Positions 40,668 to 51,239 are shown, counted from the stretch's first letter. The stretch is 64,000 bases of DNA from a bacterium (GCA_963663405.2 CAXXSM010000053.1:64001-128000), one strand, 5' to 3'. Translations and numbers: made by a program. The notes: generated by a model not told the origin, from the letters alone.

Positions 40668-41360
40668 TCATGTTATGATATGGAAAATATGGACGAGACA
40701 ATAGTACACACCGATAAAGATAAAAAGCGCGCCGGTGGTCTGACGGGCCCACCATTCCACTTGCGTCAATCGATTATAGGCTTTGCTAAGTGAATGGGCG
40801 CTAAACGCGAGGATCACCGCGAAGGCGGTGACAGGCGCCGCTGTGCCTACGCCAAACAGCGCTGGAAAGATAACGCCGGATTGATATTGGACGCCCAAAG
40901 CGATCAAATTGGTAAAAAAGAGCGCGGCGGAAAGTGGACAGAACGACAAAGCGAATATCACACCCATCAATCCAGCGCCCCACAAACCCCATGAATCAGC
41001 TCGTTTCTCAATCCATTGACCAAGGCGGTTCGAACCGGAATTAAATTGAAGCAATTCCAATAAAATCATCCCTGCTAAAATCAACAACGGCCCCAGCAGT
41101 TTATTCATATATTTCTGTAGAAAAAAGGAGAGAGAGGGAATCGATAAAAGGCCATTGATGAGAAGCATTCCTAATGCTATATAGGTGACCGTTCTTCCTA
41201 TTGTATACAAGGCGCCGTATCCAATGGCGAGGCGAGGATTATTGACACGACGGCTGATGTATGTAATAGCTGCGATATTCGTGGCGAGTGGACAGGGCAT
41301 ACTGGAAGTCAGAATCCCCAACCATAAAGAGGTCATGGCGGCGAAAAACCAATCATCCAT
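40668..41360 (-). CDS. ArsG-like / CcdA-DsbD-type membrane protein
   Basis: LGILTS..PCPLATNIAAITY and FALSFCP, with about 6 TM segments. Confidence 0.8.
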   Translation of the reverse strand: MDDWFFAAMTSLWLGILTSSMPCPLATNIAAITYISRRVNNPRLAIGYGALYTIGRTVTYIALGMLLINGLLSIPSLSFFLQKYMNKLLGPLLILAGMILLELLQFNSGSNRLGQWIEKRADSWGLWGAGLMGVIFALSFCPLSAALFFTNLIALGVQYQSGVIFPALFGVGTAAPVTAFAVILAFSAHSLSKAYNRLTQVEWWARQTTGALFIFIGVYYCLVHIFHIIT

Positions 41361-41419
41361 TCATTCTCTCCAGAAGGGGATATCACGCATGAGCGAAGAA
41401 TTCTCCCTTGACTTCGTTC

Positions 41420-41899
41420 TTACTCTACAAATACTGCAGCTTCCTTTTGTACATACGCGATGAATTCTTCTCTATCATTGACCAGATCCCATACTCGATC
41501 GAGATTCTTCCATTGTGTTTCCTTCCCATCTTGAATCTTGGATAGTACAACCGATTTGGTATGGAGCTGATAATCGTCAATAAAATGTTCGTTTTCAGTT
41601 TCATCCAGATTGACTGCTTTCCATTGCAGTTTTTTAGAATCATACGCGTCTTTAAATCCAGTTACGATCGCTTCATACGCGTAAGATTCAATCGTCCGGC
41701 ACGTCATGCAGCGTTCCGTTGTGTGAAAATAATAAGCGATTGAATGTGTGGATGGGATGGAATCCTGAAGCGCGGCGGCTTCTGGTTCCGCATTCTCCGC
41801 CGGGATGGGAGTGTCTCTCATCTCTGATACGATCATGTACGCGGCGCTGCCAACTACGAAGGCAAGAAGCAGAATTGTAATAACAGTTTTCGCATTCAT
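41420..41899 (-). CDS. ArsF-like membrane-anchored thioredoxin-fold protein
   Basis: N-terminal TM, YYFH...RCMTCRTIE CxxC motif, WKNL..VW. Confidence 0.8.
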   Translation of the reverse strand: MNAKTVITILLLAFVVGSAAYMIVSEMRDTPIPAENAEPEAAALQDSIPSTHSIAYYFHTTERCMTCRTIESYAYEAIVTGFKDAYDSKKLQWKAVNLDETENEHFIDDYQLHTKSVVLSKIQDGKETQWKNLDRVWDLVNDREEFIAYVQKEAAVFVE

Positions 41900-41924
41900 T
41901 GTTCCTATCCTTTCCGAGGTATAC

Positions 41925-41945
41925 GGAACGCGAGTGTCGCGCCCG
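41925..41945 (+). repeat. Degenerate copy of the GGAG-foot REP-like palindrome
   Basis: GGAACGCGAGTGTCGCGCCCG versus consensus GGAGCGCGGGCGTCCCGCCCG, 17 of 21 positions match. Confidence 0.55.
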
Positions 41946-41969
41946 TTTAATTTTCAATCTTCGTATTCA

Positions 41970-43130
41970 TTACACCGGCGCTCCCATAAATCCCTCATGA
42001 AAGAAGACTGGTTTATACCCGCGTTCCGTCACCCAGCGGATCGCAGCGTCAAGCCGTTTCGCGTGGTCGGGCAGATAATGAGAATAAAACGGCCAGAAAT
42101 ATTGTTCGTGTGTGAACAAATCCATTATCTCAGCGTGGTTTGGCTCGTCATCAAGCCGGTCGAGTGTGGGAACGACTTGTTCAAGCGGCGTGCTGTTGCA
42201 TACAATATCCACCCGTGAGAACACAATCCCGCTTTCAAAATCCATCAGCGCGTCATGCCGTGAAAGATATTCAGATCGTTGATCGTCGAACAGATAATTG
42301 ACATCCCAACCCGTGGGCCTGCGCGCAAAGTATCCACTCAACACGCGCACGCCATGCTCGTACAACGGTTTCAACGCGGAGGGTTGGACCATCCCCCAAT
42401 GAATGACGGTCGGCGGTGAATAGACTTCTTCTCCGGCGAAGCGGTGGATCTGTTCGGCTACCTGATTCAAATCCGCGATTAATTGATTGGCGGACGCGTA
42501 TTGGTATGGCCGGTCAGGCATATTCGCGTGCGCGTGAAACGCCAGTTTCATCCAATCCGCGTTATCCCGCCATTCTCCTTTATAGCGCTCCGGGAATTGA
42601 GGCAGGATAAATCCATCTTCCGTAGTGTAATAAATATTCAGAACAAACCGCGCTCCATACTTGTCATGCAATTCTTTCAGTGTCTTCAAGTAAAAGCAGT
42701 CAAAGAGTGAATCATAGTTCTTCTGCGCGATGTCTCGCAGGAAGAAACTGTTGTCATCGATGGAAAAGCGATATCTCGGAAACGAATGTTTGTCCCATAC
42801 AACACGGATTCGATGTTCGAGACGGCCGGATACGCCTTCGGAAACGGCGATGATATCCGTTTCCCTCTCCCGCAAGGTGACATCCGCTGAAAAATGGGTT
42901 CCTTCCCGTTTCGCCTGCGCCCCATTGATGACCACGAGATCGCGCAACGGCGCTTCACCACGCGCTTGGATTTTTAAGCCGCCGTCCACTTCTTTTCCAT
43001 GATGGCGGTTCAACACCGCGCCATGAAAGGGTTCTTCGATTTGAATCATCGTTCCTGCGCGCGCGGAACCAGTCAACGCCGCTGACACCGTTCCCGCGGC
43101 CATCATTTGTATAAAGCCGCGTCGTTTCAT
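41970..43130 (-). CDS. Tat-exported hypothetical protein, possibly a polysaccharide-deacetylase-like barrel
   Basis: MKRRGFI Tat signal ending ARA. FSIDD, FHAH and THEQY candidate metal-site motifs. Confidence 0.7.
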   Translation of the reverse strand: MKRRGFIQMMAAGTVSAALTGSARAGTMIQIEEPFHGAVLNRHHGKEVDGGLKIQARGEAPLRDLVVINGAQAKREGTHFSADVTLRERETDIIAVSEGVSGRLEHRIRVVWDKHSFPRYRFSIDDNSFFLRDIAQKNYDSLFDCFYLKTLKELHDKYGARFVLNIYYTTEDGFILPQFPERYKGEWRDNADWMKLAFHAHANMPDRPYQYASANQLIADLNQVAEQIHRFAGEEVYSPPTVIHWGMVQPSALKPLYEHGVRVLSGYFARRPTGWDVNYLFDDQRSEYLSRHDALMDFESGIVFSRVDIVCNSTPLEQVVPTLDRLDDEPNHAEIMDLFTHEQYFWPFYSHYLPDHAKRLDAAIRWVTERGYKPVFFHEGFMGAPV

Positions 43131-43230
43131 GATTAAGCGCTTCCTTTCTGAAATTGTAAATTAACATTTCGTGTATAGGAATTTGCCGCGTGGAGTTGAA
43201 GATAACGTCTTCGTAAACAATCATTCGCGA

Positions 43231-43467
43231 TTACTCGCTTAACAGTTTCTTGATCTCCTCCACAGATGGAACCTTCCCGCTTACAAGTGTCTTTCCATCC
43301 ACAGCCAACGCGGGAGTCATCATGACGCCAAACTCGACGATCTCGGCGATATCCTCCACTTTTTCCACTTGACACGCAAGTCCCAATTCATTCACCGCGT
43401 TTTCGACGCGTTCGGCCAACTGCTTGCACTTTTGACAGCCCGGCCCTAACACTTGTATCAATTTCAT
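43231..43467 (-). CDS. Small thioredoxin-like redox-active disulfide protein (MTH895-like)
   Basis: IQVLGPGCQKC and GVMMTPALAVDG. Start 43467 after GAGGAG. Confidence 0.9.
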   Translation of the reverse strand: MKLIQVLGPGCQKCKQLAERVENAVNELGLACQVEKVEDIAEIVEFGVMMTPALAVDGKTLVSGKVPSVEEIKKLLSE

Positions 43468-43484
43468 AATGTTGATCTCCTCAT

Positions 43485-44783
43485 CTAGAATAGATTTCCA
43501 TAGATCCATCCACTGATTGTGGCCATTGCGATTACGAGCGTAACATATACGATCGTTTTTTTTGAGCCCATAATACTCCGGATCACAAGCATATTAGGCA
43601 AACTCAACGCCGGTCCCGCCAGCAGCAAAGCCAGCGCAGGGCCTTTCCCCATCCCGGCGGCGAGCAGCCCTTGGAGAATGGGGATCTCGGTGAGGGTGGC
43701 GAAATACATAAACGCGCCGGCAATTGCGGCGAACAGGTTCGCGGCGATCGCGTTCCCTCCCACAGAGCCATTGATCCATCCCGATGGAATCAGCCCTTCC
43801 TGATCGGGACGTCCCAGCAGCAAACCCGCCGCCAACACACCGATAAAGAGAAGGGGAAGAATCTGTTTCGCGAAATCCCAGCTGGAATGAACCCATTCTC
43901 CGAGTTCTCCTTGACTAAAACTGGCGAGAATGGAAATCCCTATAACACCGTTTAAAAATGGTATGGATGGCGTGTGGGGCCACAGCCACGCGCTCACCGC
44001 TACGAGAAACGCAATCAAAAGAATCCATTGGATTCGCGCTCTATAAAAGAATATGAGCGTCACACCCAGAATAATAGAACTGACGCTCACTAAATACCAT
44101 TTGTATACATAGATCCAATACAGAATCCCCCTTGTTTCTTCTGTTCTGGCCCAATTAGCGAAAACCAAAATCCACAGCAGGGAAGCGAAAAAAACGAGAT
44201 TCCACCCTATTGACTGAGACGATTCAGATTCTGGCTCTTCAAAAGACGCTTGCGCTTTTGCCACTTCTTCATGATGGAAGATTATGCGCATGATAACGCC
44301 GATGAGAATGCTGAAAACAATCGCCCCAATCACCCGAGCAATTCCCATTTCTACACCCAACACACGTGTTGTTAAAATGATGGCCAACACGTTGATCGCT
44401 GGACCGGCGTAGAGAAACGCGCAGGCGGGTCCCAATCCTGCGCCCATCCGGTAGATCCCGGCGAACAGCGGCAGCACCGTGCAGGAACAGACCGCCAACA
44501 CCGTGCCCGATATAGAAGCGGTTCCATACGCGAGGAATGGATTCGCCGCCGGACCGAGATATTTCATAACGGATTTCTGGCTGATGAAGACCGCGATGGC
44601 GCCCGCGATAAAAAACGCGGGAATCAGACACAATAAAACATGCTCCCGCGCATACCATTTCACGAGATGCAAGGCTTCCATCACCGCCCGTTCGAACCGG
44701 GGCGCGTCAACAGGAAGATGATAGCAAACGGCGAATAGTCCCGCATATAGAGCCAGTGATTTCCACTCGTTTTTCCAATTCAT
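43485..44783 (-). CDS. arsP: ArsP-family permease
   Basis: HVLLCLIPAFFIAGAI, LAVCSCTVLPLF, GPAIN, YFATLTEIPI, LLLAGPALSLP. Confidence 0.85.
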   Translation of the reverse strand: MNWKNEWKSLALYAGLFAVCYHLPVDAPRFERAVMEALHLVKWYAREHVLLCLIPAFFIAGAIAVFISQKSVMKYLGPAANPFLAYGTASISGTVLAVCSCTVLPLFAGIYRMGAGLGPACAFLYAGPAINVLAIILTTRVLGVEMGIARVIGAIVFSILIGVIMRIIFHHEEVAKAQASFEEPESESSQSIGWNLVFFASLLWILVFANWARTEETRGILYWIYVYKWYLVSVSSIILGVTLIFFYRARIQWILLIAFLVAVSAWLWPHTPSIPFLNGVIGISILASFSQGELGEWVHSSWDFAKQILPLLFIGVLAAGLLLGRPDQEGLIPSGWINGSVGGNAIAANLFAAIAGAFMYFATLTEIPILQGLLAAGMGKGPALALLLAGPALSLPNMLVIRSIMGSKKTIVYVTLVIAMATISGWIYGNLF

Positions 44784-44824
44784 AACTCATTCATTGAGAT
44801 CCAACGGTCTCAATGATTCTCTCC

Positions 44825-45142
44825 TTATAAAATTTCCATATGTTCTTTTTGCGTCTCTTTCAACACGCGTTCCACACATTGAAAGAAATTGAGGATGCAC
44901 GGTGTTTTCAACTGATAGAACATCTGTGTGCCGTCTTTTCGGACCTTCAAAACACCGGCGTTTTTGAGTATGGAAAGATGTTTTGACACAGTGGAGATAT
45001 CCGCGCCGATCATCTCCGTCAACTCACAGACGCATTTCTCTCCTTCCGCCAGTTCGTTGACGATAAACAACCGCGTGGGATGAGCCAGGGATTTAATGAT
45101 TTTCGCGCGAGCCTCAAACCGCGCATGGGTTTTTTCATCCAT
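44825..45142 (-). CDS. arsR: ArsR/SmtB family repressor
   Basis: KSLAHPTRL, EKCVCEL (CxC metalloid site), STVSKHL.ILK.AG. Confidence 0.92.
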   Translation of the reverse strand: MDEKTHARFEARAKIIKSLAHPTRLFIVNELAEGEKCVCELTEMIGADISTVSKHLSILKNAGVLKVRKDGTQMFYQLKTPCILNFFQCVERVLKETQKEHMEIL

Positions 45143-45152
45143 AGGAGATCTC

Positions 45153-45177
45153 CTAATTTGGTATTATTGCCAAATAG
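45153..45177. promoter_or_regulatory. Putative ArsR operator (inverted repeat)
   Basis: ATTTGG-TATTATTG-CCAAAT immediately upstream of the arsR RBS. Confidence 0.55.
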
Positions 45178-45411
45178 CCAAATTTGTGAAGGGGATTGGC
45201 TGATGAAATTGTTCTTTGGCTTCAAGCTGCCGATTGAGATTCTTTATTTTTTGATCCATACGGCGCCTGTATGATAGACTTACTGAGTTGTGAAAGATTG
45301 ATGATTAGTATATGTCCCTATTCTATCATTCGGAATTCTCATCTATCCTTTGCAGTGAGATCGGATATCAATCAGCGTATTGTATCATGGTGAAGTTTTG
45401 GAGAATCAGTT

Positions 45412-46743
45412 ATGAAAAATCGCCTTTTGACAAGAAGAGAGTTTCTTGACCGGTGCGCGGGATACGGAGCCGTAGGATTGACCGCTCCTGCGATAGTATC
45501 TTCGGGTCTTTGTTCGGGCGCCAATGATCGGATCGGGATTGGAATGATTGGGATGGGCCGTCAGGCGGTTTACGCCAACCTGAATCCGTTTCTCACATCG
45601 CCGGATACACAAGTCCTTGCGGTTTGTGATGTGGACGCATGGCGTCTAAATGAGGCGAAAAAGAAAGTAGAAGAGTATTACGATAAGAACGATCAATCGG
45701 GGAATTTTAAGGAATGTTCGGCGTACAAAGATTTCCGTGAACTGCTTGCCCGCAAGGATATTGACGCGGTGATGATCTCCACGCCGGATCATTGGCATGT
45801 TCCCATAGCCTGCGCCGCTGTCCGGCGGGGCAAGGATGTATGCTGTGAAAAACCTCTCACACTGAGCGTCGCTGAAGGACGTTTCCTGAGTGATCTCGTG
45901 ACCAAACATAAACGCGTATTTCGTACGGACAGCGAGTTTCGATCCCTCAAGGTTTTTCATCGGCAATGCGAACTGGTTGTGAATGGGCGCATCGGAGTGA
46001 TTGATAAGATTGTAACCGGCGTTCCACTGGGTGATATCGGTTGCCCGCCTCAACCGGAAATGCCCGTGCCCGAAGAACTGGATTATGAGATGTGGCTGGG
46101 CCCTGCGCCCCAGGCTCCATATTCGTTGAACCGCGTTCATCCCCGTCACGCCTACACTCGCCCTGGCTGGATGCGGGTGCGGGATTACTGTGAAGGCATG
46201 GTCACCAACTGGGGCGCCCATCTGAATGACATCGCGCAATGGGGAGCCGGAACGGATCGCACGGGCCCTGTGAAAGTTGAAGGGCGCGGTGAGTATCCAA
46301 AAGAAGGATTGTGGAATGTTCTCCTGAATTTTGAAATTCAGTATGAATATGCGAACGGGATGCGATTGACGTACAAAACCGAACGTCCCTACGTGCGCTT
46401 CGAAGGATCTGAAGGATGGATTGAAGCCGATTACAGCAGCCGGAAACTGACCGCGCATCCGGAATCCATTCTGCAATCGGAAATCAAAGATGATGAAATT
46501 CACTTGCGTTTCAAGAGTGATAAAGGGGATTTTATCGACGCGGTCAAAACACGCGGCCAGACGTTAGAGGACGCCGAGGTCGGTCACCGCACAACTTCCC
46601 TCTGTCAGATCGGGCATATCGCCATCCAAATAGGGAAATCCCTTGATTGGGATCCCCAAAACGAAAGATTCAAAAACAATGACGCCGCCAATAAATTACT
46701 CACCCGTCCAATGCACGCGCCGTGGAATTTGACCGATATTTAA
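45412..46743 (+). CDS. Tat-exported Gfo/Idh/MocA family oxidoreductase
   Basis: TRREFL Tat motif, GMIGMG, STPDHWH, CEKPL, WLGPAP, NWGAHLND. Confidence 0.9.
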   Translation: MKNRLLTRREFLDRCAGYGAVGLTAPAIVSSGLCSGANDRIGIGMIGMGRQAVYANLNPFLTSPDTQVLAVCDVDAWRLNEAKKKVEEYYDKNDQSGNFKECSAYKDFRELLARKDIDAVMISTPDHWHVPIACAAVRRGKDVCCEKPLTLSVAEGRFLSDLVTKHKRVFRTDSEFRSLKVFHRQCELVVNGRIGVIDKIVTGVPLGDIGCPPQPEMPVPEELDYEMWLGPAPQAPYSLNRVHPRHAYTRPGWMRVRDYCEGMVTNWGAHLNDIAQWGAGTDRTGPVKVEGRGEYPKEGLWNVLLNFEIQYEYANGMRLTYKTERPYVRFEGSEGWIEADYSSRKLTAHPESILQSEIKDDEIHLRFKSDKGDFIDAVKTRGQTLEDAEVGHRTTSLCQIGHIAIQIGKSLDWDPQNERFKNNDAANKLLTRPMHAPWNLTDI

Positions 46744-47003
46744 TCCCACCAGAACAACCCTCATGAATCCCTCGCTCAAATAAATAGATTGAATAGGCTT
46801 TTTGCTTTGAAAAAAGTAGCCGTTTTTTTTATTCCGTGATATATAACTTATAAAAGGCAGGGGCAAAATTCTTCCCCTATTCGCACATGCGGTGAGTATA
46901 CTTCTATTTATATTTTTTGATGAATTACGAAGGGCTGTTTTCCCATTGGGAACACAGCATGGAATCTGTATGGACGCTATCGTGTGTTGAGTGAGTTTTT
47001 ATT

Positions 47004-47777
47004 GTGACTTCTATCAATCGAACCAATTGCAATCTAAAGAAGAAACTTCCGTGGGATGAACCGAAAGACCGTTTACTGCGCCCAAAAGACCATGAAGGCG
47101 CCTCCCCGGCGTCAGAGGATTTTCGCATCGCTCCGATCCGCATCGTTTGGGTCACCGGCTCCACCATTGTCCTTTTTTCGTTGATGGGCGTGTTGTTTTT
47201 AGGGGCCGCGTCCTCGTCATGGGTCAACGTCGTGGCGCGGTTTCATACCGTCGAGTTTTTCAACACAATCGTGTACAGCCATAAATCTCCAACCAGTGAT
47301 TTGGTTTCCTACGAACTCTGGGTGGATCGAAACAGCGGTTCTCGCCTGCAATGGAAAGACTGGACTTTATATGGGAATTCGAAAGAATTCATCAAAGCGT
47401 ATCACGGGAAAACACGCCAAGTAGTTTCCAATTTTCCAAATGACGTTCCACTCGTTCATCAGCTGCGGAACGTGCAATCGCTTTCTCTCGAAACACTCAT
47501 TCTTACGATCGGGGATTATGGCTTCATGGCGCCACCCCAAGAAAACACGCAGATAGGTCTAAACGATGATTTGATCGTCTTTGATATCTTCTTTGAAGAC
47601 AGCGCCTGCCAGGCGAGGCTCTGGGCGCTTCGCAACAGTCAATTACCGATCCGCATCCGGTATTATCCTTCCTACAGTACAGAGGGAATAGATGTGCTCT
47701 TTTTTTATCCTGAACCGCAATCCAAAGGATTCTTCAATCCAAATACGTTTGTTGAAAATTCAGCGGATTTTTTATAA
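47004..47777 (+). CDS. Hypothetical single-TM protein
   Basis: 257-aa ORF with one hydrophobic segment. Start is uncertain. Confidence 0.55.
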   Translation: MTSINRTNCNLKKKLPWDEPKDRLLRPKDHEGASPASEDFRIAPIRIVWVTGSTIVLFSLMGVLFLGAASSSWVNVVARFHTVEFFNTIVYSHKSPTSDLVSYELWVDRNSGSRLQWKDWTLYGNSKEFIKAYHGKTRQVVSNFPNDVPLVHQLRNVQSLSLETLILTIGDYGFMAPPQENTQIGLNDDLIVFDIFFEDSACQARLWALRNSQLPIRIRYYPSYSTEGIDVLFFYPEPQSKGFFNPNTFVENSADFL

Positions 47778-47895
47778 GTTTAATCTTTCTTCATTGCGCC
47801 TTCCTTTCCGAATTCTTTCTCTCATCCTGTTATTTGAACCTTCCTAAAAAATAGGATACAATCGGTGAAAACTTTCTTTTTATAGAAGGGAACTC

Positions 47896-49851
47896 ATGCG
47901 GCTTATAACTTGGATCCTTGGATTTTTCCTTTTCGCGGCTCTAATTGTACACGGCCAAACATTCACGCCAAACGAATTGACGCCCGGCCCACAGGCCCAA
48001 TATGGACCCGTCGCAGGCGCGATCTTCTCCTTACCCGCCGTAGGGGATTTTGACGGGGATGGAATACTCGATCTCATTCTCGCCACATACCATCATGGTA
48101 AAGGGACGCGGTTCTACAAGGGATTTCGCAACGAAGAGGGACGTCCGCTCTGCAAACCCGGCGTAGACATCGCGCTCCCCGCAAGACCCATGACCGGTGT
48201 TGATTGGAATGGGGATGATCTCACTGATATTCTTCAATGGGACAAAGGCGGTTTGCTTTATCTCTGCAAAGGAACCAATCCGCCGTCGTTTTTAAAAGCA
48301 GTCTCTTTACCATCCAGCGAACCAGTGATAAAAGCCGAAGCGTTGACCGCCTATCCAATCGGTGAATTTGTCGATGTGATTCTGGGTGAATTTTTCTCTC
48401 GGGATCACTGGACCAAGGGAGACAATCATCGAACATCCACAATCAGCCTATGGCAGGGCTATGATAAAAGTGGAAAATGGCGTGGTTTGGAGGGATTGGG
48501 ATTTCTAACCGGTTTCCGATTCCCGCGAAGAGAGAACGCGCCGGTTTCGGGACGTGTGCTCGCAGGAGTACGCGCCCCCTTAGCGGGCCATCTTGCGGCT
48601 TGCCCGATCGCGGTGGACGCGGATTGTGATGGAGATCAAGATCTATTGTTCGCCGATTTTGTGGGTAACTTTTTCTATGCGGAAAACCGGGGAACGAATT
48701 TGAAATCCGCGTACGAAGATCCCATCACCCTTTTCGATACCAAGGGCGAACGGCTGTGCGCCGCGCAGTGCATGGTTCGCGGGCAGGCGGCGGATTGGGA
48801 TGGGGATGATAAAGAGGATCTCATCTTCGGAACCGAAGATGGTTTTGTCTATGTCTGCACGAATCAATGGAACGGAAATGGGCCGCCGGTCTTTAACGAG
48901 CCAGCTCCGATTCTTCAAGAATCACCTCCCCTCGACTGTGGTGTCTGTTCGGTTCCATCGGCCTGTGATCTCGACGCGGATGGGGATACTGATTTCGTAC
49001 TAGGAAACGCTTCAGGTGAATTATTGATTCTTTGGAATCGAGGCTCTGACGCGAAACCGGAATTCGATTTACCTATCCGGATTGATATCAATGGAAAAAT
49101 CTTCCGCCTTATCGCTGGATACAATGGATCCGTCCAAGGGCCGGGTGAGGCGAGTTGGGGCTATATCGATCCCTGCGCGGTTGACGTGGACCGGGATGGA
49201 GATATCGATATTGTATATTCCTCGGTAAATGGGTATCACACATGCCTTCTCAATCAAGGCGCCCCGGAGAAACCAAAGTGGTCAAACCCCATCGATTTTC
49301 GCGCAAATGGAAAACGCCTGCGCACAGTCTGGCGGACACGGCCTATCATGACCGATTGGAATGGGGATGGAGCGCTGGATTACATCTGTCTCAATCAAAA
49401 GGGCGAAATTGGCGTCTACCCCGGATCAAACGACCGCCCTTGGCGCGAGTTGGATGGATGGACATCTTGGAAACGAGCCAATGGAAAGCCCATCAATCCA
49501 GGTGGAGAGCAGGGCATGGAAGGCCGCGCAAAACTTGATATCGCCGATTGGGACGGTGACGGCCAAAACGATCTATTAATCAGTTTAAAAGGCGGAACGT
49601 CGTGGTCCGAACAGTATGGACGTACTAATCTATCATACATCGTGTTTCTCAAATGCGTGCAAGGCGGGAACGACGCGGTGTTTGAGGAACCAAAGCCGAT
49701 TCGCCTGGCGAATGGTGATGACATCGAACTAGGCGATCACAACGCCACCCCGGAAGTGGTATCTCTATTCGGAGATCAAAAACCGGGATTGCTCTTAGGG
49801 TGTGAAAACGGGCGTCTGTATTATTACAGCCGCAATGAACTTTCATGGTGA
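47896..49851 (+). CDS. Secreted FG-GAP/VCBS repeat protein
   Basis: Signal peptide and about eight DxDGDGxxD-type repeats (DFDGDGILDL, DWNGDDLTDI, DWDGDDKEDL, DLDADGDTDF and others). Confidence 0.9.
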   Translation: MRLITWILGFFLFAALIVHGQTFTPNELTPGPQAQYGPVAGAIFSLPAVGDFDGDGILDLILATYHHGKGTRFYKGFRNEEGRPLCKPGVDIALPARPMTGVDWNGDDLTDILQWDKGGLLYLCKGTNPPSFLKAVSLPSSEPVIKAEALTAYPIGEFVDVILGEFFSRDHWTKGDNHRTSTISLWQGYDKSGKWRGLEGLGFLTGFRFPRRENAPVSGRVLAGVRAPLAGHLAACPIAVDADCDGDQDLLFADFVGNFFYAENRGTNLKSAYEDPITLFDTKGERLCAAQCMVRGQAADWDGDDKEDLIFGTEDGFVYVCTNQWNGNGPPVFNEPAPILQESPPLDCGVCSVPSACDLDADGDTDFVLGNASGELLILWNRGSDAKPEFDLPIRIDINGKIFRLIAGYNGSVQGPGEASWGYIDPCAVDVDRDGDIDIVYSSVNGYHTCLLNQGAPEKPKWSNPIDFRANGKRLRTVWRTRPIMTDWNGDGALDYICLNQKGEIGVYPGSNDRPWRELDGWTSWKRANGKPINPGGEQGMEGRAKLDIADWDGDGQNDLLISLKGGTSWSEQYGRTNLSYIVFLKCVQGGNDAVFEEPKPIRLANGDDIELGDHNATPEVVSLFGDQKPGLLLGCENGRLYYYSRNELSW

Positions 49852-49858
49852 GGGTTGA

Positions 49859-51238
49859 GTGAAAATGACAGGGAAAGAGATTCTTTTTAAAGCAATGAAG
49901 CGGGAACCCACGCCAAGACCCGGCTGGCTTCCTTTTGTAGGTGTGCATGGAGCCCAGTTGATCGATCGAAGCGCGAAAGACTATCTCCACTCCAGCGAAT
50001 TGATCGCCGAAGGGCTGACGAAGGCCTATGAATTATACAAACCCGACGGCCTGCCGGCCGCATTCGACTTACAGATTGAGGCGGAGATCCTTGGTTGCGA
50101 ACTGCGTTGGTCCGATGAAAGCCCACCGTCCGTGACCACGCATCCGTTGATGAATCATTCGATCGAAGACCTTCCTTCCTTCGATCCTTCGCGAGGACGG
50201 TTCCCTCAAATCCTTACCGTGCTGGAAAAACTGCGGAAGCGATTTAGCGCCGAATTGGCGTTGTACGGATTGATCACTGGACCGTTTACATTGGCGCTCC
50301 ATCTAATGGGCAACAATATCTTTTTAGAGATGTACGAAAAAGAAGATCATGTAAAAGAGGTTCTTGATTATTGCGCTGACGTGGGAAAACAGGCGGCGGA
50401 AGCGTATCTTCAAGCGGGCGCGGATGTCGTCGCCGTAGTCGATCCAATGACCAGCCAGATCTCACCCGTTCATTTCGAAACCTTCGTCACGAATCCAATT
50501 AACAAGGTGTTCGATACCATTCGGAAAAAGAGAGGCTATTCCTCATTTTTTGTCTGCGGTAACGCGAGCCCGAATTTAGAAGTGATGGCGCGGACACACT
50601 GCGATAACATATCGATTGATGAAAATATCCCGCTCGAAACGTTGAAGAACATCGGAGATCAGTACCAGAAATCGATCGGCGGCAATTTAAAACTGACCAC
50701 GGTTCTTCTCTTGGGGACGCCGGATGACGCGAAACTCGACGCGCTCCGCTGTATGGATATCTGCGGGTCTACCGGTTTCATCCTCGCGCCCGGCTGCGAT
50801 ATCCCTTGGGGAACGCCTCCTGAAAATCTGCAGGCCGCCGCAGCGATGGTCCATGATGAATATCAGCGGGAAATCGCCCGGCGGTCACTGACCGAACGAG
50901 CCAAAGAATCGTACGAGGATGTGCCATTGCCGGAATACGATGATCTCAATTGCGTCTATGTGGATATCATCACGCTCGATTCAGCCAGCTGCGCCCCATG
51001 TCAATATATGCTGGAAGCCGCCCATCAAGCGGCGGAATCGATCGAGGGAACCGTTATTGTAACCGAACGGGCGATTCGCACACGCGAAGGACTTGGAATA
51101 ATGGCCAAACTCGGTGTAAAAAATATCCCAACAATCTGCATCGATGGCGAAGCGCGATTTATATCAATCTTGCCGGATAGAAACGTGTTGACCGCCGCGA
51201 TTCAAGAAACATTCGCAGCAAAGAAAGAGAGACAATGA
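49859..51238 (+). CDS. Uroporphyrinogen decarboxylase / MtaA-CmuA family protein with a C-terminal thioredoxin-like domain
   Basis: DLQIEAEILG, GPFTLA..L.G, AGADVV, CGN, GGN, FILAPGCDIP..TP.EN. C-terminal SCAPC and V..IPTICIDG. Confidence 0.85.
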   Translation: MKMTGKEILFKAMKREPTPRPGWLPFVGVHGAQLIDRSAKDYLHSSELIAEGLTKAYELYKPDGLPAAFDLQIEAEILGCELRWSDESPPSVTTHPLMNHSIEDLPSFDPSRGRFPQILTVLEKLRKRFSAELALYGLITGPFTLALHLMGNNIFLEMYEKEDHVKEVLDYCADVGKQAAEAYLQAGADVVAVVDPMTSQISPVHFETFVTNPINKVFDTIRKKRGYSSFFVCGNASPNLEVMARTHCDNISIDENIPLETLKNIGDQYQKSIGGNLKLTTVLLLGTPDDAKLDALRCMDICGSTGFILAPGCDIPWGTPPENLQAAAAMVHDEYQREIARRSLTERAKESYEDVPLPEYDDLNCVYVDIITLDSASCAPCQYMLEAAHQAAESIEGTVIVTERAIRTREGLGIMAKLGVKNIPTICIDGEARFISILPDRNVLTAAIQETFAAKKERQ

Positions 51239-51239
51239 A

